From assembly GCA_000165425.1 (NCBI GenBank), contig CT868230.1, positions 124,001 to 188,000 of the forward strand: 64,000 nucleotides of DNA. The letters are read 5' to 3'. The stretch comes from Paramecium tetraurelia (lineage: Eukaryota). The notes beneath the pieces were generated by a model. That model did not search any database. It had not been told where the DNA came from and saw only the letters and a list, made by a program, of their open reading frames with translations. This document shows, one piece after another, positions 13,990-26,392 of the stretch. The translations under genes and the position numbers were made by a program. How positions within the stretch are numbered: position 1 is the first letter of the stretch; each line of letters begins with the position of its first letter.

Positions 13990-16900
13990 TCACTTAACTG
14001 TTGTTGTAGTTGGTCTATCTAATTATTTATACAATCCTTATTATTATAGTCTGACCTCCTTATTTTTGATGCTATTATATTTCAATTTCTAATGATATTA
14101 TTTTAAAAGATTACTTAATTTTCATTGATTAAAAGAGTCTCTGATCCAATGATACTCTCTCTAATTTCCACAGTTCCGATTTAATCGATCAATCGTTCAT
14201 CTCTTGTAAACAAAACAGTAGTTTTATTATTGCCCATTATTCCTCTTACAGTTTGGGTCAAGGTTGATAAATTCAAATAGCCCTAAAAATAAGAGAATAA
14301 AATACTTAATAAATAATATTATCATCAATTGAGATTTCGCATTCCTTAACTCCTCTGACAGGTGTTTTACTATAGTTGTAAAAGGATATGGCAGATATTT
14401 ATTAAGGAGTGTCAAATAGCAAAATTAATTTATTGACTTGGTAACTAATCTGATCAAAAACACTCGAATTGATATTCGTTTTTAATCTATCTGTATATGT
14501 ATTAACGAAAGGAGATAACCACATTTACTTAGCATCTAAGGTGATATTCACATTGTTTAATAACTTATCTGGAGTTCTGACATCCATCTCCATTTGTGGA
14601 AGCTCTTTCACTGAGAATGGTTTTGCAAATAATTTAGGTTAAATCTATTCACCATTTGGATCAAATATCTCAATCCCATTCAATCCAATATAGTGTAAGT
14701 CCCCCCAAGTAGATAAAAGTTTGATAACTATCTTGGTGCCTTATGGTAATTGGGTCGTTTCATAATCTTAGTATATGTTTCTTTCGAATTAGTAATTTAC
14801 CTTCATTATTTCAATCTTTTTCTAATAAGGCAACTCAATCAATTGAGGTTCATTTACGTCACTCAATCCATGTCCTTTTCTCAAATAGATGCCTTACTTG
14901 GTATTTAGAATTTGATTATCCCCTTTGATATTAATCATTTACACTCCCTTCTCTAATTCATCCTCCTTATTATAATTCCAAATTGCAACTCTACTAATTT
15001 GAGTTGGTTAAATAAATACAAATTGGATCTTGATTTTCCCATTAGCCAATTACCATCTTTCATCACTATTGACAACAGTCTCAGATTAAGATGTGATTAC
15101 TTTATACTTTTTGATTTTCATTGACTATCCAAATTTATCATGAATATCAATCTTATCCAATCCAACAAATTTATCACCCCAATTTCTTATTATATACAAC
15201 GTTAATACTTTCACAGCAACTGTTGGTAAAACCTTAACATTAATCTAATTTTGAGATGAGAACAATCTTTTAGGAAATTATTGTAATTTGGATTCAGATT
15301 CCTATCTAACGATTTAAGGAATAGAATCTGATTTTTAATGTTAATAATCTTTGTTAAATTAAGAGTTAAGATTATTATTTGCAAACTTTTAAGCTGTAAT
15401 CTCACCTTTTGGCTTATTAAATGTGGCTGTATCAGGCCTACTCAATTTGACAGTATTCTCTAGAATGTGCTTTTACTATTGTATTTAACTTTCATGTAAT
15501 GTATTAAGCCAATCCTACTCTTAAATCTTCTCCATTATTTAAGGGTTATTAGTAAACATTATGTATTCAGCATTATCTATGCCACATGTTCCATTGGCTT
15601 ACTTGATTTCTCCACTAAAGATTGAATCTGTATCCAATACTATTTCAATGTTACGAACACATTTAGCTCTGTAGGTTCTGCCTTTGTTGTAATTCCAGAT
15701 TCTAATCATGGATAACTTAGTGTCATTAAACTTAATTGTAATTTCCATATTTTTATCTATTCTTTCAATGCACATATTTTTGTCGTCCTGAGTTAAATAA
15801 TTGTCATCAAATAAAACAGCAGCATTTCTGAAAAATCCAGATACTGAATTAATTTTTACTTTTTTGCCTTTATAATCAAATATTTCAATTCCAGTTAATC
15901 CAATTGAGTAGAGATCTCCCCAATTTTTAAGAAATTTGATTGTCAACGTAGATCCGAAAGGACATTCAGGTATTGAGATATTTTTAGTACGAGTGGATAC
16001 TGTTCCTGCTGCGATGTGAGCAACTCCTCTTTTAAAATTGAGTTATGGACTAGTGGAATCCTCTTCGGTTAATTATTTCTAGGAGAATAAGTTAATAGAT
16101 TTCTTGAAGAATCTCTATTAATGAATTGTCTATTTGGTTTTGACTGAGGAGGGTTCCTATTTTTATTCAAGTTTTTTGAATTTCTTATCATCATCAAAAG
16201 GATCAAATATTAATTTAGGTTTTGCATGCTTTTATTGACTGGAGGCTTTGGATAGGTTAATTCTAAATAGAAATATAATTAATATTACTCTTTATTTTCA
16301 TCAGATTTCTTGGAATTAATGGATTGTAATGATTAATTAAATGGTTGAGTAGAATCATTTTAATTCTTATTTCGAGTTTCGCTTTCCTTTATTGTGTTAA
16401 TACTTTGTTATGGTAATGGTTCTAATTCGATTGTTTGGGCATATTCTGAAAATGTATTGGCTACTCCTCTGGCTATTTGACCTGACCATAGTACAGTGTC
16501 ATTCTGTAAGATTTCCAAGTCACAAACACACTTATCCAATTCTTTTCTATTTTTATTAAAATTCCATATTTTAACAGATGTAAGAAATTCGGATTCTTCC
16601 TAAAGTAGATAGCACACTGTGATGGTAATTGGGAATTATTTAAAGTTGGTAATCCACATTTATTCAGGATATATAGTAAGATTGTGACCATTGATCAGAT
16701 TATTAATAGTATTATGGGAATCATCATCAGAATATATGCAGTTGATTTTGACATATTTTCTGTTATTATTCAACAATTCAATACTAGTCAATCCAACCTG
16801 AGTTTTGTTGCCATAATTCGAGTGGATTTTGAGGTGTATTCGTTTGCTTTTGAAGAAGGAGATGAGTTCTTCATGTTTAGGTTAACCAATTTCGATGGAT

Positions 16901-17329
16901 GCTAGAATTTGTAGTACCAATTCTTATTCATATTGCGGGAGCTTTTGTATTCTATTAAGTTCTTGTTAGTATGAAAAAAGAATACCTTGTTTCCAGATTA
17001 TTTAAAATTTATCTCTCTACGTTAGATGTTGGAATTGATTTTTATTGAGGAATGTAGGTTCTTGGTTTGATTAGAGGTTTCTAATTGAAATATCAAGTAG
17101 TTCTTACGTGTAGTTTTTCTCCATCTCTAATGGATCGATTGAGAATGCCTGCTTATTTGCCATCTAAAGATTTCATGAATGACAGGATTGTATTGTCAGG
17201 ATTCATCTCTTGTTGAACCTGAGGCGGCTTAGTAATTGTTCTTGCAGTACTTGAGACCTGTTGGATTGGTTTGGAACTGTAATGACGTGGAGTAGCCTAT
17301 TTTTCGAGAGGCAGTCTTTAAACACTCAT
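13990..17329 (-). CDS. KATNIP: Katanin-interacting protein KATNIP/KIAA0556-like (DUF4457 repeats)
   Basis: Repeated NWGDLYSIGLTGIEIFD, STWGDLHYIGLNGIEIFD and IRIWNYNK motifs. Confidence 0.8.
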
Positions 17330-17384
17330 ATTTTATTATTTATTAACTAAGTATAGGGATTTTTAGATTAGCAAATTTTAATTA

Positions 17385-18023
17385 ATGGGTGAGATTGTGT
17401 CTAATCAGCTTTTCGTAGCTGGATATAGTCGCAGCAAAGTGACTGACGAGAGAGATGTGAGAGAAATCTTTAGAAAGTATGGGTCACTCAAGGAAGTGGC
17501 ATACAAGGGCTCCTACTCTTTTATAGTAACTCTTTTGAATTTAAGTTCACAAAGACTTTCAGCAATGAGGATGAAGCTAAAGAGGCTCTTACAGAGATGA
17601 ATGGAACAACACACAATGGCCAGAAATTAAAAGTGGATGTTGTCGACAATCGCAAGGGGAGAAGAACTGGACCCAATGAAAGTGACGAATGTTTCAAATG
17701 TGGCAGAGGAGGTCACTGGTATTAAATTCATTCATTCTCAATAGGGCCAGAGATTGTCCCAAGGGCAGATCACCTCACAGAAGCAGAAGATACTCAAATT
17801 CCAAATCCAGGTTGTTAAGACATTCTATCATAGACATCACAGGAGAAGATCCGGTTCAAGATCCCGTTCATCTTACTCGTCTTCCCGTTCCAGAAGAAGA
17901 AATAGAGATCACCGCAATAGACGCAGATATAGCAACAGTCCAAAGAGAGGCGAAGAGCAAAAAAAGGGGAATTACAACAAGAGAAGGTCGCCTTCAGACT
18001 CTTAGCATCATTCCTCGTCTTGA
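17385..18023 (+). CDS. SR splicing factor: RRM + CCHC zinc knuckle + RS domain (SRSF7/RSZ-like)
   Basis: LFVAGY...KGSYSFI RRM, CFKCGRGGHW.RDCP knuckle, RSGSRSRSS tail; three tiny introns. Confidence 0.85.
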
Positions 18024-18154
18024 ATAAGCATGGGCAAAACAAAAACACATTTTATTATTCAACATTATTCTAATTTAAAAAATAAGCTCTTTTCCCGAAT
18101 TGATTTACAATATTCCCTGAACATATATAATAATAATCATTCATCAAATTTTGC

Positions 18155-18476
18155 TCACTAATTTTATTGTTAATTCTCTTACTTTCTTAAGCACCCATTC
18201 TTGATATCTATGATAATTCCTCGCTAACTTCCAAAAAGTGTGAAAATGCAAATGGAGCAATCAAAAATATTAATCCTTTTTTCTTTATCACAATTTCATA
18301 CCTGTTGTTCCAACCCACAACAACCTTCTTGACTGTCTATATAAAGTTCTTGGATTCAACCATCCTGTTTAGAAAAATCTAATCAACTTTCCCCACAACC
18401 CTTTGGCAGGCTTCAATTAGTTTTGGCTTTATGAAGCACCTGATCGATTTCCCACTCCATATCTTGATGAATTCAT
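18155..18476 (-). CDS. Tom22-like mitochondrial import receptor (short, basic N-terminus type)
   Basis: ...SRRLLWVGTTGLIFLIAPFAFSHFLEVSEELSQ..., matching the Tom22 W-x3-T-x7-P TM signature followed by an acidic/Gln tail; one intron. Confidence 0.55.
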
Positions 18477-18552
18477 TAAAATATTTAATTATTTATTGCC
18501 TTAATTATTTTTAATTAATCTTTACTAAATGCAAAAAAAATAACAAAAAATC

Positions 18553-18637
18553 TCCGAAAAGGCGGATTTGAACCACCGACCTGGGGATAACTGGATAACA
18601 CTACAGTCCCTCGCTCTACCAACTGAGCTATTTTCGG
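18553..18637 (-). tRNA. tRNA-Tyr(GTA) with 12-nt intron (18589-18600)
   Basis: CCGAAAA/TTTTCGG acceptor stem, GCTC/GAGC D stem, CT-GTA-G then intron then ATCCCC, GGTTCAAATCC T loop, T-run terminator immediately downstream. Confidence 0.95.
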
Positions 18638-18807
18638 ATGATAACATTTCCATAGCATATCTCCTTTTATTTCCATCAATAACATATTTACATAATTATT
18701 AGTTACTAAAACCACTCATTTCGTTTTTCTAGGAATTATCAAAAATCAATATTAATTAATTTCTATTAGCATTAATAAGATAAATGATTATTTATATATC
18801 AAGACAA

Positions 18808-20678
18808 TCACGATTGTTTAAAAGCATCATGGCAATTTTATAAATTTTTAAACGAAATCTCAAACACTGAATTCTAAGAGTGCTCCGCATTTTATAATAG
18901 ATCAGATTCCTTAATCAGATCGATCAATGACTAATCATTATGATTATATTGTTAAAATGATTGGCTACTTTTAGTTCTCGTATGTTAGGCTTAAGGAGTG
19001 ATTGAACTACTGATCAGAACTTTAAAAATCTACAATAAGAATTATCAATACTTTGATGCACTCCATGTTTTCTTCTCCCAATATTTCACTAACCAACTCT
19101 TTCTCTTAATCCAACATCTTCATAGGATTATTGGATGATTCCAAAAGAGTCTTCATCTATTGGAATCTCTCTTCTCCTATCTTCCTCTTTAGAAAATCTG
19201 TCAATAAAATGGATCTCTGGGGAGAAGTGGGAGCATTAGGATTTAAGAACTAGCCTGCAAATGAAAAGGTCTTAGGATTCTTTAGGAGAGTTGGTTGATT
19301 TTCATTTTCGTATTCATTTGTGCCTCGTTTCGTTGCGTCATCAATTTGAGTATTGATGGAGATCGATTTCTAATATCTTAATTATCTTTAAGCCATAACA
19401 GCTGAATTCTATTAGATGGATTCATTGATGACGTCAGGAAGAGTATGCAGATTAAATGATAAGGGCTTATTCTTATTGGCGTTATCAGCAGTGGCTAATT
19501 ATTTGAATGTAGGTGAGTTCTAGTTTGAAGAATCTTAAATTAATTATTGTAAAGAAACTTTTCTTCTCTTCTACTTGCAAACCTATGGTGATTGTTATTG
19601 TTATTATTATTGCTATTACTGTAATTATTTGGATTACTCAACAAGAAAATGAATAGAATTTTTGTGCATTTTCTTCTAAGAAGATTTATTGGACTGCATC
19701 GGTGAAACTGGTAATATGTAATTAAATTAGGTCTTATAAAGTCCTTGCAGCTTGTACAATTCTGATTGAATTTGTGGATATTAGATAATAGTCGAGATAT
19801 CTGGTCTTTTTTCTGGGTTCTTTTCTAGCATTTCATCTATCAGTTGTGAGATGAAATCTGAATAATTTCTGTGGATCTTGGGATGAGGTTCATTGATGAT
19901 CTTAAAAGCAATTTCACTGATGGATTCCCCTTTAAATGGCTTTTGAAGTGAACATAATTCATATAGAGTGCATCCCAACATCCAGATATCTATCTTATGA
20001 TTGTACTGTTGATTTTAACAGATTTCAGGAGAGAGATAGAATGGAGTTCCTTCGATATTAAAATAGCATAGTACCGATTGACGTTTAGGCCAGATCCAAG
20101 GTGTTGTCCAAAGTTCTAGATATTCCAAAATCTCCCAATTTGACCTTTAAATTTAATAAGGACTGTTACAATTCCGTTGGTGCAGAGGAAGATGTTTTGT
20201 AATTTGATGTCTCTGTGGATTATCTTCAACTAGTGGAGGTATTAGATGGCAATGGAGATCTAGGAAAACCAGCCAAGAATCTATAATATTGCATAAATCA
20301 AATACTAAACTGTATTTTCATCAATGTATGTTTATGTTTGTTTGGCTTGGTTGGTCATCATACTTAGATCGGCTAGGAGAATTGAATAAGAATTTGATAC
20401 CATTTTCAGCATATTCCATAACAATACACAATTTATTATTATGGGTGAAGGAGTCATAATGCGAAATAATGTTGGGGTGATCCAGACTGCGTAACAATTT
20501 GACTTCATTGAGTGGATCAACCACATAGCTTTCTCTAAAACTCAAATCTACTCTCTTTATAGCGAATAACTGAAAGGATAAATAAAAACAGTACTTTGTC
20601 ATCTGATTTTCTTTGCACCAACAACACATCTCCATAATTGCCTTTGCCTATTTTCTTGATTCTTTTAAATTGGTCCAT
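18808..20678 (-). CDS. NIMA-related (NEK) kinase
   Basis: IGKGNYGDV, FAIKRV, LDHPNII, HRDIK, GDFGISR, GTPFYLSPE, DIWMLGCTLYELC. Confidence 0.9.
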
Positions 20679-20784
20679 AGACTATGAAAAATTCGTTAAT
20701 TATAATAATTATTCAATTTCCCACAAAATTTATATTTAACATAAATGTCAATTATATAGTTTATGTAGATATCAAATGTAATCT

Positions 20785-21768
20785 TCAACCTAACTATTAT
20801 CTGCAAATAGGACAACTATTCGATATCTATACACTTAAGAACACTCACTTACATTGAACCAATTCCTGACACAATTCTCATGAAATTAGTGTTATCCACT
20901 GCAAGGTAATTGCAGAATACTTTCATTGTGAGCATATTCCTGCATACAAATACAACAATTCTTGTCCTCCTTCACCCAAGTGTCATCTAATCCTGTGTAT
21001 TTATGTGGGGGAATCGACTCCAAGTACCTCTTCAATCGTTGAATCGAATACAATTATTTCCCTTTTCTGTAGATCGATAAACAACAAAGCAATCTAAAAT
21101 ATTAACTATTGTGTTACGGCAATGCAATCACTAGAACAAACACTAAACAATACAGAAAGATGAACTCTAAAAACATTGATAATACTATTATGAATATTAC
21201 ATTCAATAAATGCGCATCACAAGTTTCTTAGTAGAATTCAAACATATTGAAATTAAATGGAGAATCCAACATCAAAATAAAAAATCGAATTATAATCACT
21301 TAAGCCAAAAAGTTCAAAAATTTCGATTCTCTCTATTTAAATATTACAACCAATTACATTCAAATCAGGACATTATGAAAATATTGATTTCTTTACTGTC
21401 ATCGTCAGTTTATTAAAGGATTATCTATCAGGAATCTGCTCTAAATTCATTCCTTGCTATTCCAACACTTATTGAATTAAGTTCAATTTCTCAATGTTTT
21501 CGAGTTCCATCTTGTACTTGAACTCGTGGTATAATAGGAAAATGCTATGCAATATCAATGTTGTGGCTGTCGAATGCGATTCTGAAAGCTCACATTTTAA
21601 AGCCTCTCCAAAAAAGATTAGAGTTATGAGCAATTTTGAGATTGTAAAATAAATGTAAATCTAAACACCCCTTGATAATTAACTAAACACTTCTTTCAAA
21701 ACACTTGGGTAAATTCCATATCTTTCCCTGGGTTGAGGAATCAATAATTATTTAATATTTTCCAACAT
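20785..21768 (-). CDS. RING-H2 E3 ubiquitin ligase with hydrophobic/TM segment
   Basis: CCICMQEY...LPCSGQHQFHENCVRNW...CPICR at C-terminus; 5' exon structure approximate. Confidence 0.75.
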
Positions 21769-22304
21769 TTTATATATAATTAACAATCATTTATATTATT
21801 TATTAAAATCCAATGTCCATGCTTTTAATTCATTTAATGGTTATAAATTTATCAATAATTTTTATAAAGATTCTTTTATGATATTTGATAATATTATGCA
21901 ATAACTAATTAGCAGATATACAAATGTAATTTCTATGAGTAAATCAAACAAAGTAAGTGTTTCTTTTTACAAACAACTTTTATATCAACTTTACTCATTT
22001 CATAAGTTTATATATATCACTTATTAAATTAGCTTAAATCTCTTTAGACAAGCATTTTTAGGATAATTTAAATTGCCATTACCTATATTTACTTGATTGA
22101 TAATATTCAAATACTGTAAGAATTAACAAGGAGAACTACAATTGAAAACTAGTAAATAATTAATGATATTAAATTTATAAAATATTCTTAAATGATGATG
22201 TTGATAGATTGAACATTTTATTGATTCTATAAATTTTAGATAATTTAGTTTATTATTATTAACATTCATATACTGATAATTTCTAAAATATAAATAATTT
22301 AAAA

Positions 22305-22960
22305 ATGGAGGAGTAAATTTTCAAGATAGTGATTATAGGGAATAGTGCTGTAGGGAAATCATCTTTATTGATTCGATATTGTGATGATACTTTTCGAGAT
22401 ATTTATTTAAGCACAATAGGAGTTGACTTCAGATTTAAAACAATAAAGCTAGATGGACAAGGAATTAAGTTGCAGATATGGGATACTGCAGGTCAGGAGA
22501 GATTCAGAAACATCACAAACTCATATTACAAAGGTATGGAGACAATGTTAAGGTCTAGGGGCTTAAGGGATTGTGATTGTGTATGATGTGACAAATGCAA
22601 AATCGTTTGAGGATGTAACTAAATATTGGATGGCAGAATTATCTCATTATGCAGACTAGAATGTGAAGTTGATGTTGCTTGGAAATAAGATAGATATGGC
22701 TACAGAAGAGACTAGATAAGTTAGTGAGGAGATGGCTGAGCAATTATCAAAAGAATTTAATATGCAGCATCACGTTGTGAGTGCCAAAACAGCTGAGCAA
22801 GTATGAATATGATAGCAATATTTAACAGGTTGAGAATGCTTTTATCAATTTGGCAAGATCAATATATAATGAGAAATCTTTGAGGGAGATGGTGCATCCA
22901 TAACAATAATAGTTGACTAGTAAAAAAAATAAAGATGAAAAGTAAAAGGTGTGTTGTTGA
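22305..22960 (+). CDS. Rab GTPase (Rab1/Rab8-like)
   Basis: [33 protein letters not shown]-terminal CC prenylation motif; two introns. Confidence 0.93.
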
Positions 22961-23003
22961 TTTATCTTTATTTCGTTTTTGTTTTAAGGATATTTATTAA
23001 TTA

Positions 23004-26000
23004 ATGTCATATACATCAAGATATTCATCAGCAAGACCATAGACTGTAAAAAGTTCAATAGAAACTAAACCAACAACTACTCCTGCTGCTTAAGTTAATA
23101 AGCCAGCAGAGTAATCGCCTTAACCAGTTTAAAGATCAGATGTGAGAAGATCGAGTCAACTCAGAGCAAGTGGATAGCCTACTGTAATTAATGTGTAAAT
23201 GTATTTCATAAAACCTTTAGACCTCCTCCTACTACTGAAAGAAAGTGGTTGGGCAAGAATCCAGAAGTTGTATGTTTTTTATTGGCTTTGGAAAATGATA
23301 GAATGATGAGGGAGAACAATGCATAATTCAATAGAATAAAGGAATTAGAAGGTGTCAACGAATAACAAGAGATAAGAATTAGAGAACTTTAGACTAAGTT
23401 GGAATCGTAAACTACAGAAATATCTAATTACAAGTTAAAGTATTTATATTTATTAGATCTGAAATCGAAAAGCATATTATTAGAATTAAATAATTAGAAT
23501 CTGAATTGAACGAATATAAATCCAAGTTGGGAAGTGTAGATTAAAGTCTTGCTGGTAGATTGAAGGAGGCAGAAAGGAAATTATAAGACAGTGATAAAGA
23601 ATTGACTAATTGGAAAAATAAATATAACACAGATAAAACTAATTGGGATAATGAGATCAGAAGATTGAATGACTTGCTCACTTAGAAACAGAAAGAATTG
23701 GATGATTATAAAAATAATTAAGGTAAAAATTATGAACAATTGTAATAACAATTGAGACAGTATGAAACCAAAATAAGAGAGTATGAAAGTTAAATAAGTA
23801 CCTACAAAAGTGATATTGATCGTTTGAATAAGTTGTTATTGGAGAGGAACTCAGAAATTGATAGATTGAAGAATGAATTGAAAACAAGATTATAAGAATT
23901 AGATGATTGGAGAAGTAAATTCACAAATCTATAAAATCAATTCAATACAATGAAATCATAATATGAATCTAAAATTAATGATTTAACTAACACACTCTAA
24001 AATAGAGATAGAGATTTAAATGATTGGAAAAATAAATACGCTAAGTTGGAAGGCCAATTCAACAATCTTGGAAGTCTTCAATCAGGAAGTGAATCTAAAA
24101 TAACTGATTTATAAAATAGACTTTCACAATTGCAATCCGATTTCGATAGATAGGCCACTTAATTAAGGGATAGGGATGCTTAGATTTAGGCATTAAAAGA
24201 AAAGTTACAGAGATTAGAATAAGACAACTTTAACTTAAATAATCAATTATAAGACTTGTAATCCAGATATAACAATTTGTTGAAGGAAAATGAGAAATTG
24301 TAAAATGAATTAAGGAACAGAAAGAATGAATTGGATTTCATGAAATAGTAATTGCAATAAGCCAATGATCAACTTAAGAGATATGAAGATTAAATCAATT
24401 AATTAAATGAATAAATTATGGAATGCAAGGATCAGATCATGGCACTCTAAAATTCTAAGGAAATGTTGGAAAGACAACTCTAAGATTTATATTCTAAATC
24501 CAATGATAATGTAGGCGAACTTAAAAGTGCAAATGATCAGTTGGAAGGAAAGGATAAGGACATTGCTGATCTCAGAGATCAATTAAACTAATTCTAAGTA
24601 GATAGATAAATTATGGAATCCATGATCAGCTCTTTGAATAATCAATTAGCTAATAAAAATGATGAAATTCAAAGATTATTAGCTTAGAACAAATTGAGAT
24701 TACAATAATTATTAGAATTGCAAAGTAGATATGCTTAACTAGATTATCTTCTAAGTGACCTCAAGGGAGTTGAATTACAAAATAAATAACTAATAGCTAG
24801 AATCAGTGAATTACAGTAATTGGTGGATGATCTCAAGAGAAAACTTGCATAATAGGAATTACAACTATTATAGTCTAAATCAAATGAATTTAAGATCTAA
24901 GAATTAGAAAATATCATCAAAGAGTTGGCTAAGGAAATTTAAAGATTAAATGAATTCTTGAATTAGAAATTATCTGAAAATGATAAATTGAATATGTAGA
25001 TTATTTCAATGGAGAATGAAATCAATAAACTTAAGAATCTAGAACCTTTATTAAGAGAATTGGAAAAGAAATTATAAACTCATTTGGATGATATTGCTAG
25101 ATTAAAGTAGTTGTTGGATTCAAGAACAAACGAATTGAATGAATGGAGATTGAAATACTCAAAACTTGAACCAGTCATTGATGAGAAAAGATAATTAGAG
25201 GAGAAGAACAGGTTGTTTGAAAATAGGATTTAAGGATTGCATTAGGATATTGAAAGATTGACTAAGCAATTGAGACAGAAACAATTAGATATCGATTAAT
25301 TGAACTGGATATTGAATCAGACTGAAGGGTTGTTGAGAAATAGAGATGATAGCATTAATTCACTTGAAACTAGATTGAATAATCTCTAAAGATCTTATGA
25401 TAATGAGAGATAGAAAACTCTTAACTTTGAGTAGATTTAAAGTTAATTATAATAAGCAGTCGATAAGATCAATCAATTAGAAACTTAAATCAAAGGATTG
25501 TAGAATGATTTAAATAGAGCCAAGAAGGAAGTAACTTATTAATAGAATGAAAATGATTAGATGAGACAATAGATTGCTAAATCAGAAATCACAATTTTGG
25601 ATTTGAAGTAAAACGAAGCCAGATTCAAAGAAGTTGAAAATAGGTTGAATCAAAGTCAAAAAGAAGTTGAAAAGTTAACAAGATAATTCAACGATAAATT
25701 GTAGGCTTATGAGGAATTGAAATAAAATAATGGTTTATTGGATACTAAGTACAAGAATCTATAACAATAATATTAAGAATTATTATAGAGATTAAATTAA
25801 TTGGAACAAATCAACAATTAATACTAAATCTTGAAGGCCAAGAATTTGGAATTAGAAAATAACAATAAACAATATAAAATCGATTAAGATAGATTGAATT
25901 CTACTTTGAATCAGAAACTCTAAGAATTGAATGAATTATAAAATCTACTTCCATAATTAGAGGACAAGATCCATCAATTGACTCCATTTGAAGAGAAAGT

Positions 26001-26292
26001 ATTAATTATTTTAATATATTCTAGTACGCAATTGTGTAGCCCAAATATGAACAGGAGTTGAATAAATCAGATGAATTACAAAGGAAGATCAGAGGTTAAG
26101 AGCAACAGTTACAAGAGTTAGAGAAAGTGAAGAAAATGTAAGAGTGTATAATTATAATATAGAGTACAAGATCAGACTGTGATGTTGACTGTACTTTTTG
26201 GAGAATGTGAAGGATTACGACAATAATGCACGGACAAAGATGGAGAGATCCAGGATCTAAGGTTTAATGTAGCCTAATTATCAGATTAGTGA
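23004..26292 (+). CDS. Long coiled-coil protein with recurrent W(K/R)xK(Y/F) motifs
   Basis: ~1050-aa code-6 ORF, heptad-rich (Q/E/L/K/N), several tiny introns. Confidence 0.75.
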
Positions 26293-26392
26293 TATAATAT
26301 AAATAATAAATAGTATTGAACTAAGATTAAATATTTCTATAATAACTTAACAATTAATTATACGAGTTTAATTTAAATTCAAAAAATAAATA

